Notes under the pieces: model-generated
Databases searched by the model: none
Told to the model about the DNA's origin: nothing
The model's input: the letters and a program-made list of their open reading frames with translations, nothing else
Part shown: in pieces, positions 36,821 to 49,800 of the stretch
Layout of the letters: each line of letters opens with the position of its first letter
Position numbering within the stretch: the first letter of the stretch is position 1
Assembly (NCBI GenBank): GCA_047967505.1
Contig: CM106538.1
Source of the DNA: Dipteris shenzhenensis
Lineage: Eukaryota
Direction: 5' to 3' (one strand)
DNA: 64,000 nucleotides
Translations under genes and position numbers: made by a program

Positions 36821-36990
36821 TGTTAGAACATGAAGTCAAGTTGAGTGTCTTTTAGTGTGTTCTACTAGGAGTTCTAGTAGAGTCTTACGTGTGAGTGCCA
36901 CGTGTCACATTGGGAGATATCCCATATACACTTTGGTATTCCAGTGTGTTTCTATCCTATATATGATTGTACTTGTGTGTCACATCAACG
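36821..36990 (+). mobile_element. Truncated LTR, type X
   Basis: TGTTAGAACATGAAGT... matches the reverse complement of ~32460-32614. Confidence 0.7.
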
Positions 36991-37238
36991 TCCTCGATGC
37001 CACACAGCAGTTGAGTCAGTTCAGCATGCCTTTGGGAGTGCAGACAGGCGAGGACGATTTGGAAAGGTGTTGCTAGGATTCTTTGTATTTTTCATAGATC
37101 ACCCTTCTTCATGACCTGGGGATCAGTGGCATGGTTATCTCTCACTGGCCCTCATGATTTTTTCGAGGGACATGATTGAGATTCAGCCTTCATTATAGAA
37201 CAACACTCTGTGGAATCTTGTTCCCTTTAGGATGTTCC

Positions 37239-40200
37239 TATAAGAAAATAATACAACGTCTATGCTCAACAGATAACAGGATCTCGTACGCAAGAGAGAA
37301 AACAAGATAGTATGGAGAATCAAAAATTCGATTACTATAGAACTGATACAATAGATGGCGCTGCCTCCCAACCGTGCGCTCCTATGAAAGAAGCTTCGAT
37401 GGCATGCTAGAAACAGTAGAAGACGGAGGCTGGATGCTAAGGAACCAGGGTTGCTGTAGCCATAAAATGGGCTTCACGGGCTTGCTCTTATATAGCCACC
37501 AGTCGTAGTCGGTTAGGCTCAATTGGGTGACCGACTTAGTCCGCCCAAAACGGTCGACTGGGGGTCGGTAGGCCACCGACCATACGATAGAACCAGTGCG
37601 CAAAACAGAGCAACTTACCTACGGTGTCCGTTCGGCCCAGAGCCATACGGGATCATCTGAGGCTCCAAACGGGCCCCGCAACCCGAGAGTGGGCTGCCCT
37701 GGGAAATGCTCCGTCTACCCTTAGCGTGGTTAGTCAAGGGATGCCTTCCGCACTTGCATGTAGCCTAGTTGGCAGTGTGCTAACTCTATCTGAAGCCGTC
37801 CAGCCATCAGGCCACACATGGCCCCCATCTGGTGTCCAAACCAGGACCTACCGGATAACTGAGCTACTCAAATGCCTTCTTCTCATATGGGGGGCTTACA
37901 AGTAGAGTTAGTTGGTTCCCGCGTAGTTATACGAGAGTGGAGCATTGATATCTAACACCCCCCCTCAATGTCCACCCGCAAGTGAACTTACTTTTTCGGC
38001 CCAATGCCAAGTCGATGAAGATGCCTCTTCAGCAAGTCTCTTCCAAGAGCCTTCGTGAAGATGTCCATAGCATTCTCTGTAGTCGGACAGTACACCAAGT
38101 CGACCTCTCCATCCATGATAAGCTCGCGTACAAAGTGATATTGAATCTCAATGTGTTTTGTGCGAGTGTGGAACACCGGGTTCTTTACAATCGCCATGCA
38201 ACTCTGATTGTCACATGATAACTACGTAGGCTTATTCTGCACTGCACCCATGTCCCCCAAAATCCTCCTCAACCACACTGCCTCACAAGAAGCAAAGCAT
38301 GCAGATTTGTACTTGGCCTCGGTAGAAGAAAGAGCAACTGTGGGTTGCTTCTTGCTGACCCATGACACAACTCCAGATCCAAGTGAGAAACAGTACCCTG
38401 TCACTGATCTCCTACTGTCCACGTCTCCTGCCCAATCCGAGTCACAGAATCCGGTCAAGATGTTGCCCTTGGTATAGGTGATGCCATAATCAAGTGTGCC
38501 TTTGATGTATTTCAGCACCCGCATCCCTGCCCTCCAATGGTTCTCCCAGGGCTTATTGGAAAACCTGCTTAGTACACCAGTTGCAAAACTGATGTCCGGC
38601 CATGTGTTGCACATGTAAATCAAGCTGCCCACAAGCCTTCTGTACTTCGCTTTGTCCACCAGTGGTGATGAATCCTCGTTTGAAAGCTTCGCGTCAACCT
38701 ACATAGGGGTATTAACTGTCTTGCACTCAGCCATGCCAAATGCCTTCAGTATCTCTCCAGCATACTTCAGCTATGAAATGAAGATCTCCTGCCAAACTTT
38801 AATCCCCAAAGAGAAATGCATCAGTCCGAGGTCTGTCATTTCAAACTCTCTTCCTAGCAAATGCTTCGTCTGCGAGATCTTCTCTTCATGGTTTCCTGTT
38901 ATGACAAGGTCGTCCACATAAAGGACCACAATCATACACCTGCCTCCTCCTCTGAAGATATACAAATTTGCATTAGATAGGCTCCTCCTGAACCCGTTTT
39001 GCAGAAAGTAGGCATCAATTCGCTGGTACCACGCTCGTGGGGCCTATTTCAGCCCGTAAAGTGCCTTCTTCAGTTTGTAAACTTTACCTTCTGAACCGGG
39101 GATCTCAAAACCTGGTGGTTGTTCCACGTATACCTCCTCCTTGAGATCTCCATTCAGAAAGGCGGATTTCACATCCATTTGAAACACGGGCCAACTTCCC
39201 TGGGCAACTAAAGGCCAAACAGTGCGAATCGTGGTTAGTCGAGTTGTGGGAGCAAAAGTATCTTGATAATCAAAACCATGTACCTGTGCAAATTCTTTTG
39301 CCACGAGCCGAGCCTTGTACTTATCCAACGTGCCGTCGGACTTGTACTTGGTCTTGTACACCCACTTGGTTCTGATTACCTTGCGTTTTGGTGGTCGATC
39401 CACAAGGTCCCAAGTGTTGTTCTTCATTATGGGGCCATACTCCAACTGCATAGCCTCCATCCACCTATCATCGCCCTATGCCTCTTTAAGACACTTGGGT
39501 TCATCAGCACGGATCACTTCTGTCATCAAAGCATATATGACCAAGTGTTCTTGCGCCCTTCTTTGCTCCTCTAATCTCTTGGACCGGCGGTGTTCGGATG
39601 ATTCCTCCTCAATGGGTGGAGGTTCTCTACTGTCCAAAAGCTGCTTTACCCACTTCAGGAATGGCCATTGCCATTGTGGTTCTGCAGGCTCTTCTTCATC
39701 TTCTTTGTCTTGAATCCTCCCAAGCACCGTTGGGGGAGTTCGGTCTGCTATTGGTGGCAGTACTGGATGGATATCCTGGTCTTGGTTGTTTGGGAAGGAA
39801 GCATGCTCCTCCAATTGATGCGGCTGTTCTGAGAAGACTACATCGTGACTTACAATTACCTTCTTGGTAACAGGGTTATAGAGATGGTAACCCTTCGCCT
39901 CTTCACTGTAGCCCAAGAAAATACACTTCCGGCTCTTCGGTTCCCATTTGGTCCTGGTAGCATCAGGGACATGCACAAAACAGTCACATCCAAAAACTCT
40001 GAAATGTGCAGCTGAAGATTTCTTACTAGAAAAGGCTTGCAGTGGAGTCATCCCGTTCACAGCCTTCGTGTAGCTATGATTCAGGATGTAAACTGCAGTG
40101 TTACATGCTTCAGCCCAGAAAGTCTTTGGCAAATCTTTCCCTTTCATCATACTCCGGCCCATTTCGCAAATGACGTGCATCTTGCATTCTGCTACTCCAT

Positions 40201-42755
40201 TTTGTTGTGATGTATGTGGCGGGGGTTTCTGCCTCTTGATTCCGTGACTTTTGCAGTAACTTTCGAATTCAGTTGATGTGAACTCTCCACCTCTGTCTGA
40301 TCTCAACTTCTTCACCTTCCTTCCCGTTTCTTTCTCGACCATTACATGCCATTCCTTGAACCTACTAAAAGCCTCGTCTTTAGTCTTCAGGAATTATATC
40401 CATATCCTTCTACTGTAGTCGTTGATCAGCGTCATGAAGTAGTAGGAACCACCCAAAGCTTCCGTCTCCATCTTTCCGCAGAGGTCCGTGTGTACGAGCT
40501 CTAGAGGAGCCTTTGCCCTGCTGGCCTCTTTAGGAAAGGGATGCCGATGCTGCTTGCCCATCATGCAAGCTTCACATACATCGGGCAAATCTGAAATTTT
40601 TGGTAGGTCTGCAATCATTCCACTTTTATGCATCTCCTTCAAAGAACTAAGGTTTAGATGACCAAACCTCTCATGCCACAGCTTAGTGTTCTTCGCATCC
40701 GCTCGAGCATTGAAAACTGAGAGTTCGTAAATGTTATTGCACCGTGTACCTTTACCAACGACCTTCCCTTGAAGATCCAAAATCTGTGCACCATTCTTAT
40801 CGAATTGAACTTTGAGGTCCCGATCCGTGATCGCGGAAACGGACAACAAGTTCCTCTTGATATCTGGCACATAAAGAACATCGGACAACTGTTTTACAAC
40901 TCCATCTAACTTGAGAGCAATCGTACCTTTTCCTTTTGCTGAACATTTTGCATCATTTCCGACTGCTACCAAGATGTCATTCCCTACCGGCTGTAGAGAG
41001 GTATACCAATCCTTCCGACTGGTCATGTGGCACGATGCACCACTGTCAATGATGCACAGTTCATCCGCAGGTACATGAACTGCCTCCGTGCAAATCTCCT
41101 CAATTGCGACGAACAACTCTACTGGTACTGACTGCGCGCTGTTGCTGGACTCTTTCTTTACTCCGTTCTTCTCATCTGCAATCTTCTTTCGGCACTCATT
41201 CTGCTTGTGCCCTGCCTTATTGCAATAGAAGCACTAGATCTTCTTCTTTCTCTTTTTATCATCAGAATAAGATGGGTTACCAAAGTCCTTACCCTTACCT
41301 TTCTTTGATCCGGTCCAAAAAGCCGAATCTTCTCCAGTCCTCGTCTTTTGACGCATCTCCTCCTCCAGAAGCATCGTGCTGAAATCCTCAAAGTTGAGGG
41401 GTGGATTTTTGTTGTGCGTATCCTTTGCTGTAACAAGACCGTTGTACTTTGGTGGGAGAATCCGTATGCACCTTCGTACTAGATTCTCGTTGGTGATGGT
41501 GATGCCAATCGCAGTCATTTGATCGCGCAAATTCTTCACCTTGGTGATGAACTTCTCTGCTTCTTCAGACTCAGACAACTTCTCGTTCGCGAGTTGAGTC
41601 TCCAGATTCTGATTCCGCGTCTGATTCATGGTCTGGTACTGATTTTTCAAGACCGTCCATGCCTCCTCCGCTGTGGTGACATGTTGAATTAACGCCATGA
41701 TGGAATCACTAACACTGCAGACAATAGAACACAGTGCATCTGCATTTCTTCTTGTCCACGCGAGAATCTCATCCGCAGTTGGTACTATCTGTTGTCCTGC
41801 ATTGGCTGGTCTCACAACCGGCCTCACGTCCACCCCAATAGTAGTGTCCCAAAGCTCGTATGCGCTTAGGATGGTCTTCATCTTGTCTTCCAGAGTGGAT
41901 AGTTAGAGCCGTCCAACTTTCTGCTTTCGCCGAACGGTGGGATTCACAGTCTTGCGGGCTGGGCCATCTCTCACAATCTGCTTCGAAACAGAAAACACAC
42001 TACCAAATCTTCTTGCTAGAGTCCAGGCTCTGATACCACGTAAGAAAATAATACAACGTCTATGCTCAACAGATAACAGGATCTCGTACGCAAGAGAGAA
42101 AACAAGATAGTATGGAGAATCAAAATTTTGATTACTGTAGAATTGATACAATAGATGGCGCTGCCTCCCAACCGTGTGCTCCTGTGAAAGAAGCTTCGAT
42201 GGCGTGCTGGAAATAGTAGAAGACGGAGGCTGGATGCTAAGGAATCAGGGTTGCTGTAGCCAGTGATAAAATGGGCTTCACGGGCTTGCTCTTATATAGC
42301 CACTAGTCGTACTCGATTAGGCTCAATTGGGTGACTGACCCAGTCCGCCCAAAACGGTCGACTGGGGATCGGTCCCGAAATAGGCCACCGACCATACGAT
42401 AGAACCGGTGCACAAAACAGAGCAACTAACCTACGGTTTCGTTCGGCCCAGAGCCATCCGGGATCATCTGAGGCTCCAAACGGGCCCCGCAACCTGATAG
42501 TTGGCTTCCCCGGGAAATGCTCCGTCTACCCTCGGTGCGGTCAGTCAAGGGATGCCTTCCTGCACTTGCATGTAGCCTAGTTGGCGGTGTGCCAACTCTA
42601 TCTGAAGCCGTCCAGCCATCAGGCCACACATGGCCCCCATTTGGTGTCCAAACTAGTACCTATCGGATAGCTGAGCTACTCAAATGCCTTCTCATATGGG
42701 GGGCTTACAAGTAGAGTTAGCTAGTTGCACGAGAGTGGAGCATTGATATCTAATA
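37239..42755 (-). mobile_element. Full-length Ty1/copia LTR retrotransposon (5.5 kb), decayed
   Basis: LTRs 37239-37957 and 42039-42755; TSD GTTCC (37234-37238, 42756-42760); PBS-Met 42026-42038; PPT from 37958. Confidence 0.95.
37988..41967 (-). pseudogene. Copia gag-pol: gag, PR (IIDSGAS), IN (LVHTDLCG, LRSDRGGEF), RT (QMDVKSAFLNG, YVDD), RNase H (FCDSDWAG, HTRTKHIE)
   Basis: Colinear ORF pieces in copia domain order, separated by stops and frameshifts. Confidence 0.92.
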
Positions 42756-43568
42756 GTTCCTTTCACTCCTTTCAGAGCTGCTTATGCCTTGGTAGACACA
42801 TCATTGGAGATTCTGGCTAGCATTACAGCATGGCATATATGGAGGGCCAGATGTACGGAGGTGATAGAGGGTTCACAAGCTCATTCCTTTCAGTCTATGG
42901 CTAGTATATGAATTGATACTATACATACTCTCATGGCCATCTGGTTGAGCATGTAGGGATCCTCCAGAGCAGCTACTGCTAGGAAGGATATCTTCTTCAG
43001 ATTTTGGAGAGGATCTCCCTTCTTCTCTGAGTCTTCTTCAGGGTTGAGGTGGCATTTTCGGCCTCCACCTTCAATTTTTGTTAGCTCTTTTTGAGCTGTT
43101 TATTTTCTTCTCATGCATGGCATGTTGTACTCCCACATTAGAGTTTGCTCTTGCGGTTTTCAATCATACTTAATGAAGTGATCTTTCATATGAAGCATGA
43201 AGATTCTCTTAATGCTCATTTGAATCATTCACCCGACTTGCTGCTTTGAAGGGGTTGGGAGGGAAGATGATCAGGTGGCTGTCCTCCTTTCCAGCATTGA
43301 GGATATTATCCTCATCCCTGGACCTGGACAACGTTCCTCTAGAGTGAACATCGTGTTAAAGCTCTATGACCTATACTGGGATACCTTACCTCATAAAAGG
43401 TTCAAGCCATAGAGAGAAATGGTTAGACCTACCATATGTGAGAACCCAGTCCAAGGAAGGTGCATCAATTCATCTATTGTCTACCAAAAAACTATTCTGC
43501 TTGTTACAACTACGCCATATATCTATTCCTTCATCCTTCAAGAGTGCATGACTTCTCTACCAACCCTC

Positions 43569-44282
43569 CTATATGGACCTCTCCAAACGTAGCAAAATTA
43601 CCTCCACCAAAGGTGGTTCTAGCAAAGTGAATTCATTCACAACCATACCACACTGTGTAAGGAAGGAAAGAAGCAACTGTGACTCCGCAAAAGCGGGCTG
43701 TATTGGGAGAATGGGAAGGTGTAGGTAAGCTGACACAAGAGTTGATGTAAGAGTGTGTCGTGAACCGAGGAACTCAAAAGTGTTGCTACCCACGTCATAA
43801 GACCGAATGAAGGTTGTGCACATCTTCCCATCCACGGAGGGAAAAACCACTTTATCAAACTCTGAAAGGGATAATGCCTCAATCTTCGAGGAGGATAAAA
43901 CAGATGAGAGCGAGAGATTGGGATCGAGCAGATGTTTGAAGGCCACCTTCACCCTCGAATGAGTTGATGTGGGACGAGAGAGGGAGGTGTCGTCGAGGGC
44001 ATGAGATCCTGTTGGAGGAGAATAGTCCGAACCACCGTGATGAGAATTGTATGTTGAAGCACTCTGAGACGAGGTGGGTGAAGCCCTCTGTGATAGATGG
44101 ACACGATCCTCATCCGAAATCACCGTGATATCTAGTCGAGCATCTACCCAAGGGTGTTTTGGATGTGGAATGTCTCCAGGGGAGTTCCTGGAAGCCGTGC
44201 CCTGAGAATCCTGCATGGGAAGAGGAGAAGTGGGAAGAGAAGAAGACCTGGGGGCGGGATTTGGAGGAGCCTTGGAACTCAT
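43569..44282 (-). CDS. Extra ORF 3' of gypsy pol, unknown function (plant-transposon-protein-like); probably once extended to ~43200
   Basis: ATG at 44282; Ser/Pro-rich N-terminus then globular DGKMCTTFIRSYD...FEFLGSRHTLTSTLVSAYLHLP. Confidence 0.55.
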   Translation of the reverse strand: MSSKAPPNPAPRSSSLPTSPLPMQDSQGTASRNSPGDIPHPKHPWVDARLDITVISDEDRVHLSQRASPTSSQSASTYNSHHGGSDYSPPTGSHALDDTSLSRPTSTHSRVKVAFKHLLDPNLSLSSVLSSSKIEALSLSEFDKVVFPSVDGKMCTTFIRSYDVGSNTFEFLGSRHTLTSTLVSAYLHLPILPIQPAFAESQLLLSFLTQCGMVVNEFTLLEPPLVEVILLRLERSI

Positions 44283-44389
44283 GGCATAGAAGGGAGTGAA
44301 GAGAGTATCCTTCGGTAGGCAAGGACGTGATTGTGGCATGAACCTGCCTGTGCGGAAGTGGCGCGGGGATGCACAAGAGGGATAGGGGA

Positions 44390-45365
44390 GGGAAGGTGAT
44401 GAGGGGAGGGAAAGGAAGGAGAGGCTGAGAAGGCGAGAGGGGGGTGCGCGTAGGATAGGCTGAGTAGTCGAGGGAGTTGGGGGGGGGGGGAGCTGCCGAT
44501 GGAGAGGCAAGAGAGGGGGGACAGCGAGAGAGGGGGGGCTGTCGATGGAGAGCTGAGTGAGGGGAGGGGAGAGTGCGTGATGGAGATGGGGAGGGGGGCT
44601 GCCGATGGAGAGGCGAGAGAGGGGGGGGGGGGGCTGGCGATGTGGAGAGGCGAGATGGGGGGGGGGGGGGGGGTTGTTGATGGAGAGGGGAGAGGGGGGG
44701 GCTGTCAATGGAGAGGTGAGGGAGGGGAGGGGAGCTGCATAGGAGATGGAGGGGGGGAGAAGACTGCATAGGAGACGGAAGGGGGGGGGGTGGACTGCGC
44801 AGGAGAGGCAGAGGGGGTAGACTACATAGGAGGGGGATGGGGGCAGACTACGTGGGAGAGGCAGAGGGGTGCATAGGAGAGGGAGGGGGGGTAGACTGCG
44901 TAGGAGAGGAGGGAGGGTAGACTGCATAGGACAGGCAGAGAGAGGAGGGGCGGCCGATAGGGAGAGAGGGAGGGGGCTGAGTAGGAAAGGCTAGAGAGAG
45001 GAGGGGAGGTTGAGAGGGAGGGTGGCGCAAGGGGAGAGGAGCGTGGAGTAGGGGCAGGTGGCGCAAGGGGAGGGAAGAGAGTGGAGCAAGGGGGCTGAGT
45101 AGGAAAGGCGGGAGATCGAGAGGGAGGATGGTGCAAGGGGAGAGAAGAGCGTGGAGCAGGGGCAGGTGGCGCAAGGGGAGGGAAGAGAGGGGGGGGGCTG
45201 AGTAGGAAAGGCGGGAGAGAGGAGGGGGGCTGAGTAGGAAAGGCAGGAGAGAGGAGGGGAGGTCGAGAGGGAGGGTGGTGCAAGGGGAGAGAAGAGCATG
45301 GAGCAGCGGCAGGTGGTGCAAGGGGGAGGGAAGAGAGTGGAGCAAGGGGGAGGTTGGAAGAAGAT
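44390..45365. repeat. Polypurine (G/A) low-complexity tract with internal subrepeats
   Basis: Repeats such as GGGGGCTGAGTAGGAAAGG, AGACTGCATAGGAG and GGTGGCGCAAGGGG. Confidence 0.85.
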
Positions 45366-45688
45366 GATGATAGGGAGGGCACGTGGGCTGCCAAATGGTG
45401 CAAGAGAAGCATTCAAAGCTCAATTGGTGGTTAAAATAGAGGGGGGTGAGCTATAAATAGCGAGGTGCAATAAAAATAGCGCACTTTATCCCAAATCAGC
45501 CAGAGATTTCTAAACATAGCGAGTGCTCGCCAATTTTAGCAAGTTTTGCCAAAAATAGCGAAAGTTGTTCCAAGACGTGACAGGTGACCATAATGTACCC
45601 AGGGTGATAAGGGTGTCATTGGAATGACCAGATTGTTAGAGGAGGACCCATTGAGAAAGAAGTGACTAAGTTGAACATGGTGAAAGGG

Positions 45689-46830
45689 GGTGACAAGGTT
45701 GTTACTGGAATGACGAGGTGACAAGGTTGTCATTGAGACGACGAGGTGACAAGGTTGTCACTAGATGATGAGGTGACGAGGTTGTCACTGAGATGACGAG
45801 GTGACAAGGTTGTCACTGAGACGAAGAGGTGACAAGGTTGTCACTGGGATGACAAGGTGACGAGGTTGTCACTGAGATGACAAGGTGACGAGGTTGTCAC
45901 TGGGATGACAAGGTGACGAGGTTGTCATTGGGATGACTAGGTGACGAGGTTGTCACTAAGATGACAAGGTGACAAGGTCGTCACTGGGATGACCAAGTAA
46001 CGAGGAGGTGACGAGGTTGTCACTGAGATGACAAGGTGATGAGGTTGTCACTGAGATGACAAGGTTGTCACTGGGATGACAAGGTGACAAGGTTGTCACT
46101 AGGAAGACCAAGTGACCAAGTGATCATGGAGGCACAAGGAGATGACAAGGTGATCATTGGAAGACCAAGGGACATGAGTGTCCATGGGGGAATGAGGTGA
46201 CAAGAGTGAACATGGTGAAGTAGGGTGACAAGGTTGTCATTGGAATGACCCAGTGGCAAGAGTGGACATGGTGAAGCAGGGTGACAAGGTTGTCACTGGA
46301 ATGACCTAGTGACAAGAGTGAACATGGTGAAGCAGGGTGACAAGAGTGAACCTGCAGTGAAGCAGGGTGACTGTGAAGCAAGGTGACAAGGTTGTCACAT
46401 GGTGAAGCAGGGCGACAAGGTTGTCATTGGAATGACCTAGTGACAAGAGTGAACATGGTGAAGCAGGGTGACGAGTGAACCTGGAGTGAAGCAGGGTGAC
46501 TGTGAAGCAAGGTGACAAGGTTGTCACATGGTGAAGCAGGGTGATAAGGTTGTCATATGGTGAAGCAGGGTGACAAGAGTGAACATGGTGAAGCGGGGTG
46601 ACAAGGTTGCCACTGGTCATTACGGTGACAAGAGTGAACCTGGAGTGAAGCAGGGTGACAAGGTTGTCATTGGAATGACCTAGTGACAGGAGTGAACATG
46701 GTGAAGTAGGGTGACAAGAGTGAACATGGTGAAGCGGGGTGACAGGGTTGTCATTGGAATGACCAGAGTAAACAGAGTGAAGAGCGTGAAAGGGGATGAC
46801 AAGGTTGTCACCTAGAACCAAGGTAATCAA
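45689..46830. repeat. 28-bp minisatellite arrays between gypsy integrase and the extra ORF
   Basis: About 14 copies of GGTGACAAGGTTGTCACTGAGATGACGA (45689-46110), then a mixed array with GGTGACAAGAGTGAACATGGTGAAGCAG. Confidence 0.92.
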
Positions 46831-49800
46831 GGTGACAAGGGTAACAAGATGAAAAGAATGAGAAGATTGTCATCATGTGACCAAAGTGAAGGAGAGAGAG
46901 CTTTTTTTTTAATTTTTTAAAGGGTAATACAAGAATCACCATAAGAGATATGCTTACTAAACATAATACTTCCGTACCCTTGATCCATTTACAGGTGCTG
47001 CTAACCTTTTTCCTTCCAAGGTGGCCAAGTAAACACCGCCACTTGGAATAAGGAATAATTTTGGTGATGTAGAAAGGACGTGTCCACCTACTAATGAACT
47101 TAGGTTTATGCTTCAGGAACTTACTCGAATATAACAAGACCAAGTCACCTACTTTGAACTCCCTCTTTTTGAGGTTCCTATCATGCCATGCTTTTTGCCT
47201 CCTCTGCCATACTTCCTGAGCAAGGATTGCTTCACGGCGATGTTCGCGTCCAAGGCTTCAAGATCTCATAATCGCTCGAGCGTGCATGCTTCCAAGTTAT
47301 CATCCATTTCTACCATAACCCTAGTAGTCTTCATGTGGAATTCATAGGGCATAACTGCCTCCAAGCCGTAAACTAGTTGAAATGGTGAGTACCCAGTGCT
47401 TGCCTTGTATGCTGTCCTGTCATGCATCCAGTGGATCTGATGCATGCATAGGTTCCTAAATCGATATAGTTGGCTTCCAAGTTGGTTCCTTAACGTTGTT
47501 GCTTCTCATGCTGATAGCGTTCTCGCCATTCTTCCTTAGTAAGTGCCATCGGTGTTGAATTTCTTCTTGACCAATGGTGATATTTTTCCACATCCTCATC
47601 ATGATGTAGATCTTCAAGACAACTATCTCTGATGGAATACTCCTTCCAGACATAGTTAAGTATGTGCACGGTGCAAAGAAGAAATCACTATGAAAGGAAA
47701 TACACACAAACACAAGACATCTGAATTCGGTTTCCAAGCTTTGAAAGCAACTATTTGTCGAATAGTATCTCTGTGGGCTCTTGAACTCACACGATTCCAA
47801 CAAGTGAATCCATGTTGGAAGGTACAAAGCAAAGCTCGTGTCCGATAGCACTTGTAGACTGCCTCCTGCTCTTATGAACACTTGCTTTTGAGATTCTCCT
47901 CTTCCAAAACCTGTTGGGTAGCTCCCTTGTTTGCACTTTTGCCTTGAAGGATATCTTTATGACTAGGAACTTCAAAGAATAGAGCAACAAAGTGACTTGA
48001 TCTAGTGGATAGTCACTAATTGTTAAGCGGACTTGAGCTAGAATAGTATCGAGATGGGGGACCTCTAGTTAGTCTCCCCCCAAGCGTGGGTTTGTTTAGC
48101 AAGTATTTGAGAGCTTGATGATCAGTAATGATAAAAAACTTGTTGCCCAAGAGATAGTGCCGGTACTTTGTCATGGCATTCAATGGTGCTATAGTTTCTT
48201 TGTGCTCCATTGAGTTGCCAGCTCGTGAAATACACAGGTAGGTCCAGTTTGTGGTTTTCATCTAGTTGGGCCAATATCACACCAATTGCCAGCCCACTTG
48301 CATCTACATGTATATGGAAAACAACATCCCATTGAGGTTGCTACAAGATGGGTGCCTTCACTAACGGTCCTTGAGATTGTCAAACGCCTATTGTTGAGGC
48401 GCGGACTAGATGAAGTACTATTCCTGGCGAAGGAGTTCTGTCAGTGCCACCGCTATGTCGGCATAGAATCGGATGAATCTTCTACAATAACCCACATGTC
48501 CCAAAAAGGACTTGACTTCTCGGGGTGTGCGAGGAATAGGTAAGGCCAGTATCACTTCCAACTTTGCTTGGTCCGTAGTCATTCCCTCATCCGAGACCAT
48601 GTGGCCAAGGAGGACCCCTCGCAAGGCAAGGAAGAAGCACTTGTTAGGATTTAAGCACAACCTGGCTTCGCTACACTTATCAAAAACCCACCTCAACTTA
48701 CTAATGTAATCAGTTTGAATAGTAGGGTCAAGGCGAGATGCATTCTTACCATTGAACACCGAGAAGTCATCCAAGAATACCTCAAGAAACTTTCCGATGT
48801 TCTCCTGGAAGAGTTTGGTGACAAGGCGTTGAAACGTTGCTGGTGCATTGCACAAACCAAAGGGCATCATCCGGTAAGCGTACATTCCCCATTGAGTGAC
48901 AAAGGTGGTCTTCAAATGATCTTGCTCTCGCACCCGCACCTGATTGTACCCATTGTATCCATCCATGAAGGAGTATAGAGCATGACCAGCTACGGTTTCT
49001 AGCACCCTGTCAGTGAAGGGAGAGGGAACCTATCTAGACGTGTGGTTGTCTTCAAACTCCTGTAGTCAACACAAACATGGAGTTTGCCAGTCTCTCTTTT
49101 GGGCACCACTACAATGCCACTGACCCATTCAGAGTAGTCAACAGGTTAGTTCGACCCCGCTTGCTCCATCTTTTGAATATCAGCATGGACAGCCTTGCCA
49201 TAGTTAGGATTCATGCGATATGGTCCCTTGATCACCGGGTTTGCTTCCGGATACAGATCAATGCGATGCTTCATGAACTCAACAGCAGGTACTCCCTTTA
49301 AATCCTTATATGACCAACCAAAGACATCGACATACTCTTGAAAGAAATCAGACAATACAGCAAGGAGATAATCATTCTCCCAGACCCAACTAGCTACCTT
49401 GAGATGTCCCGGTTGGTCCTCAGTACCAATGTTGAGATACCGCCAACCGGGCATGGTCAACCTGGGGTATTGTTGTTGATGTGGAGTTGTCCGGTTCCTT
49501 TTCTCCCACTGCTTGCTGCGCAGGAGTATCATCTAAAGAGAAATCCCCCACTATTTCTTCCATCCAAGACCTAGGAAAGGACGGCTGGGTGTCCTCTTGA
49601 AATGGTTGAGATTTGGAGGCAGCACTTGGGGCCATCCTCTTTTTGCTTCTTTGTGCTTGCTTGAGCATTCCTATGTACAGTAGTCCATCCACCTTATATA
49701 TAGTTTTGGGAACCTCTTGTGTCATTGGAAGGTCATCTTCTGACAGGTATAAGTCGAGTAGGGAAAGGTCTACGACATCTTCTTCTCCCTGTATGCTATG

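Larger units (their letters stand above)
37005..43185 (+). mobile_element. Family A LINE 3' fragment (37005-37238 plus 42761-43185), split by a copia insertion
   Basis: Sequence continuous across the GTTCC TSD: CCCTTTAGGATGTTCC|TTTCACTCCTTTCAGAGC. Confidence 0.8.

Noticed and set aside
45689-46830. CRISPR-like array (palindromic repeats at a regular period)
   Set aside because: No unique spacers; units are directly tandem; eukaryotic retrotransposon context; no cas genes
47420-48050. Unassigned sequence replacing the gypsy integrase core
   Set aside because: No convincing ORF, TSD or termini; probably a TE remnant
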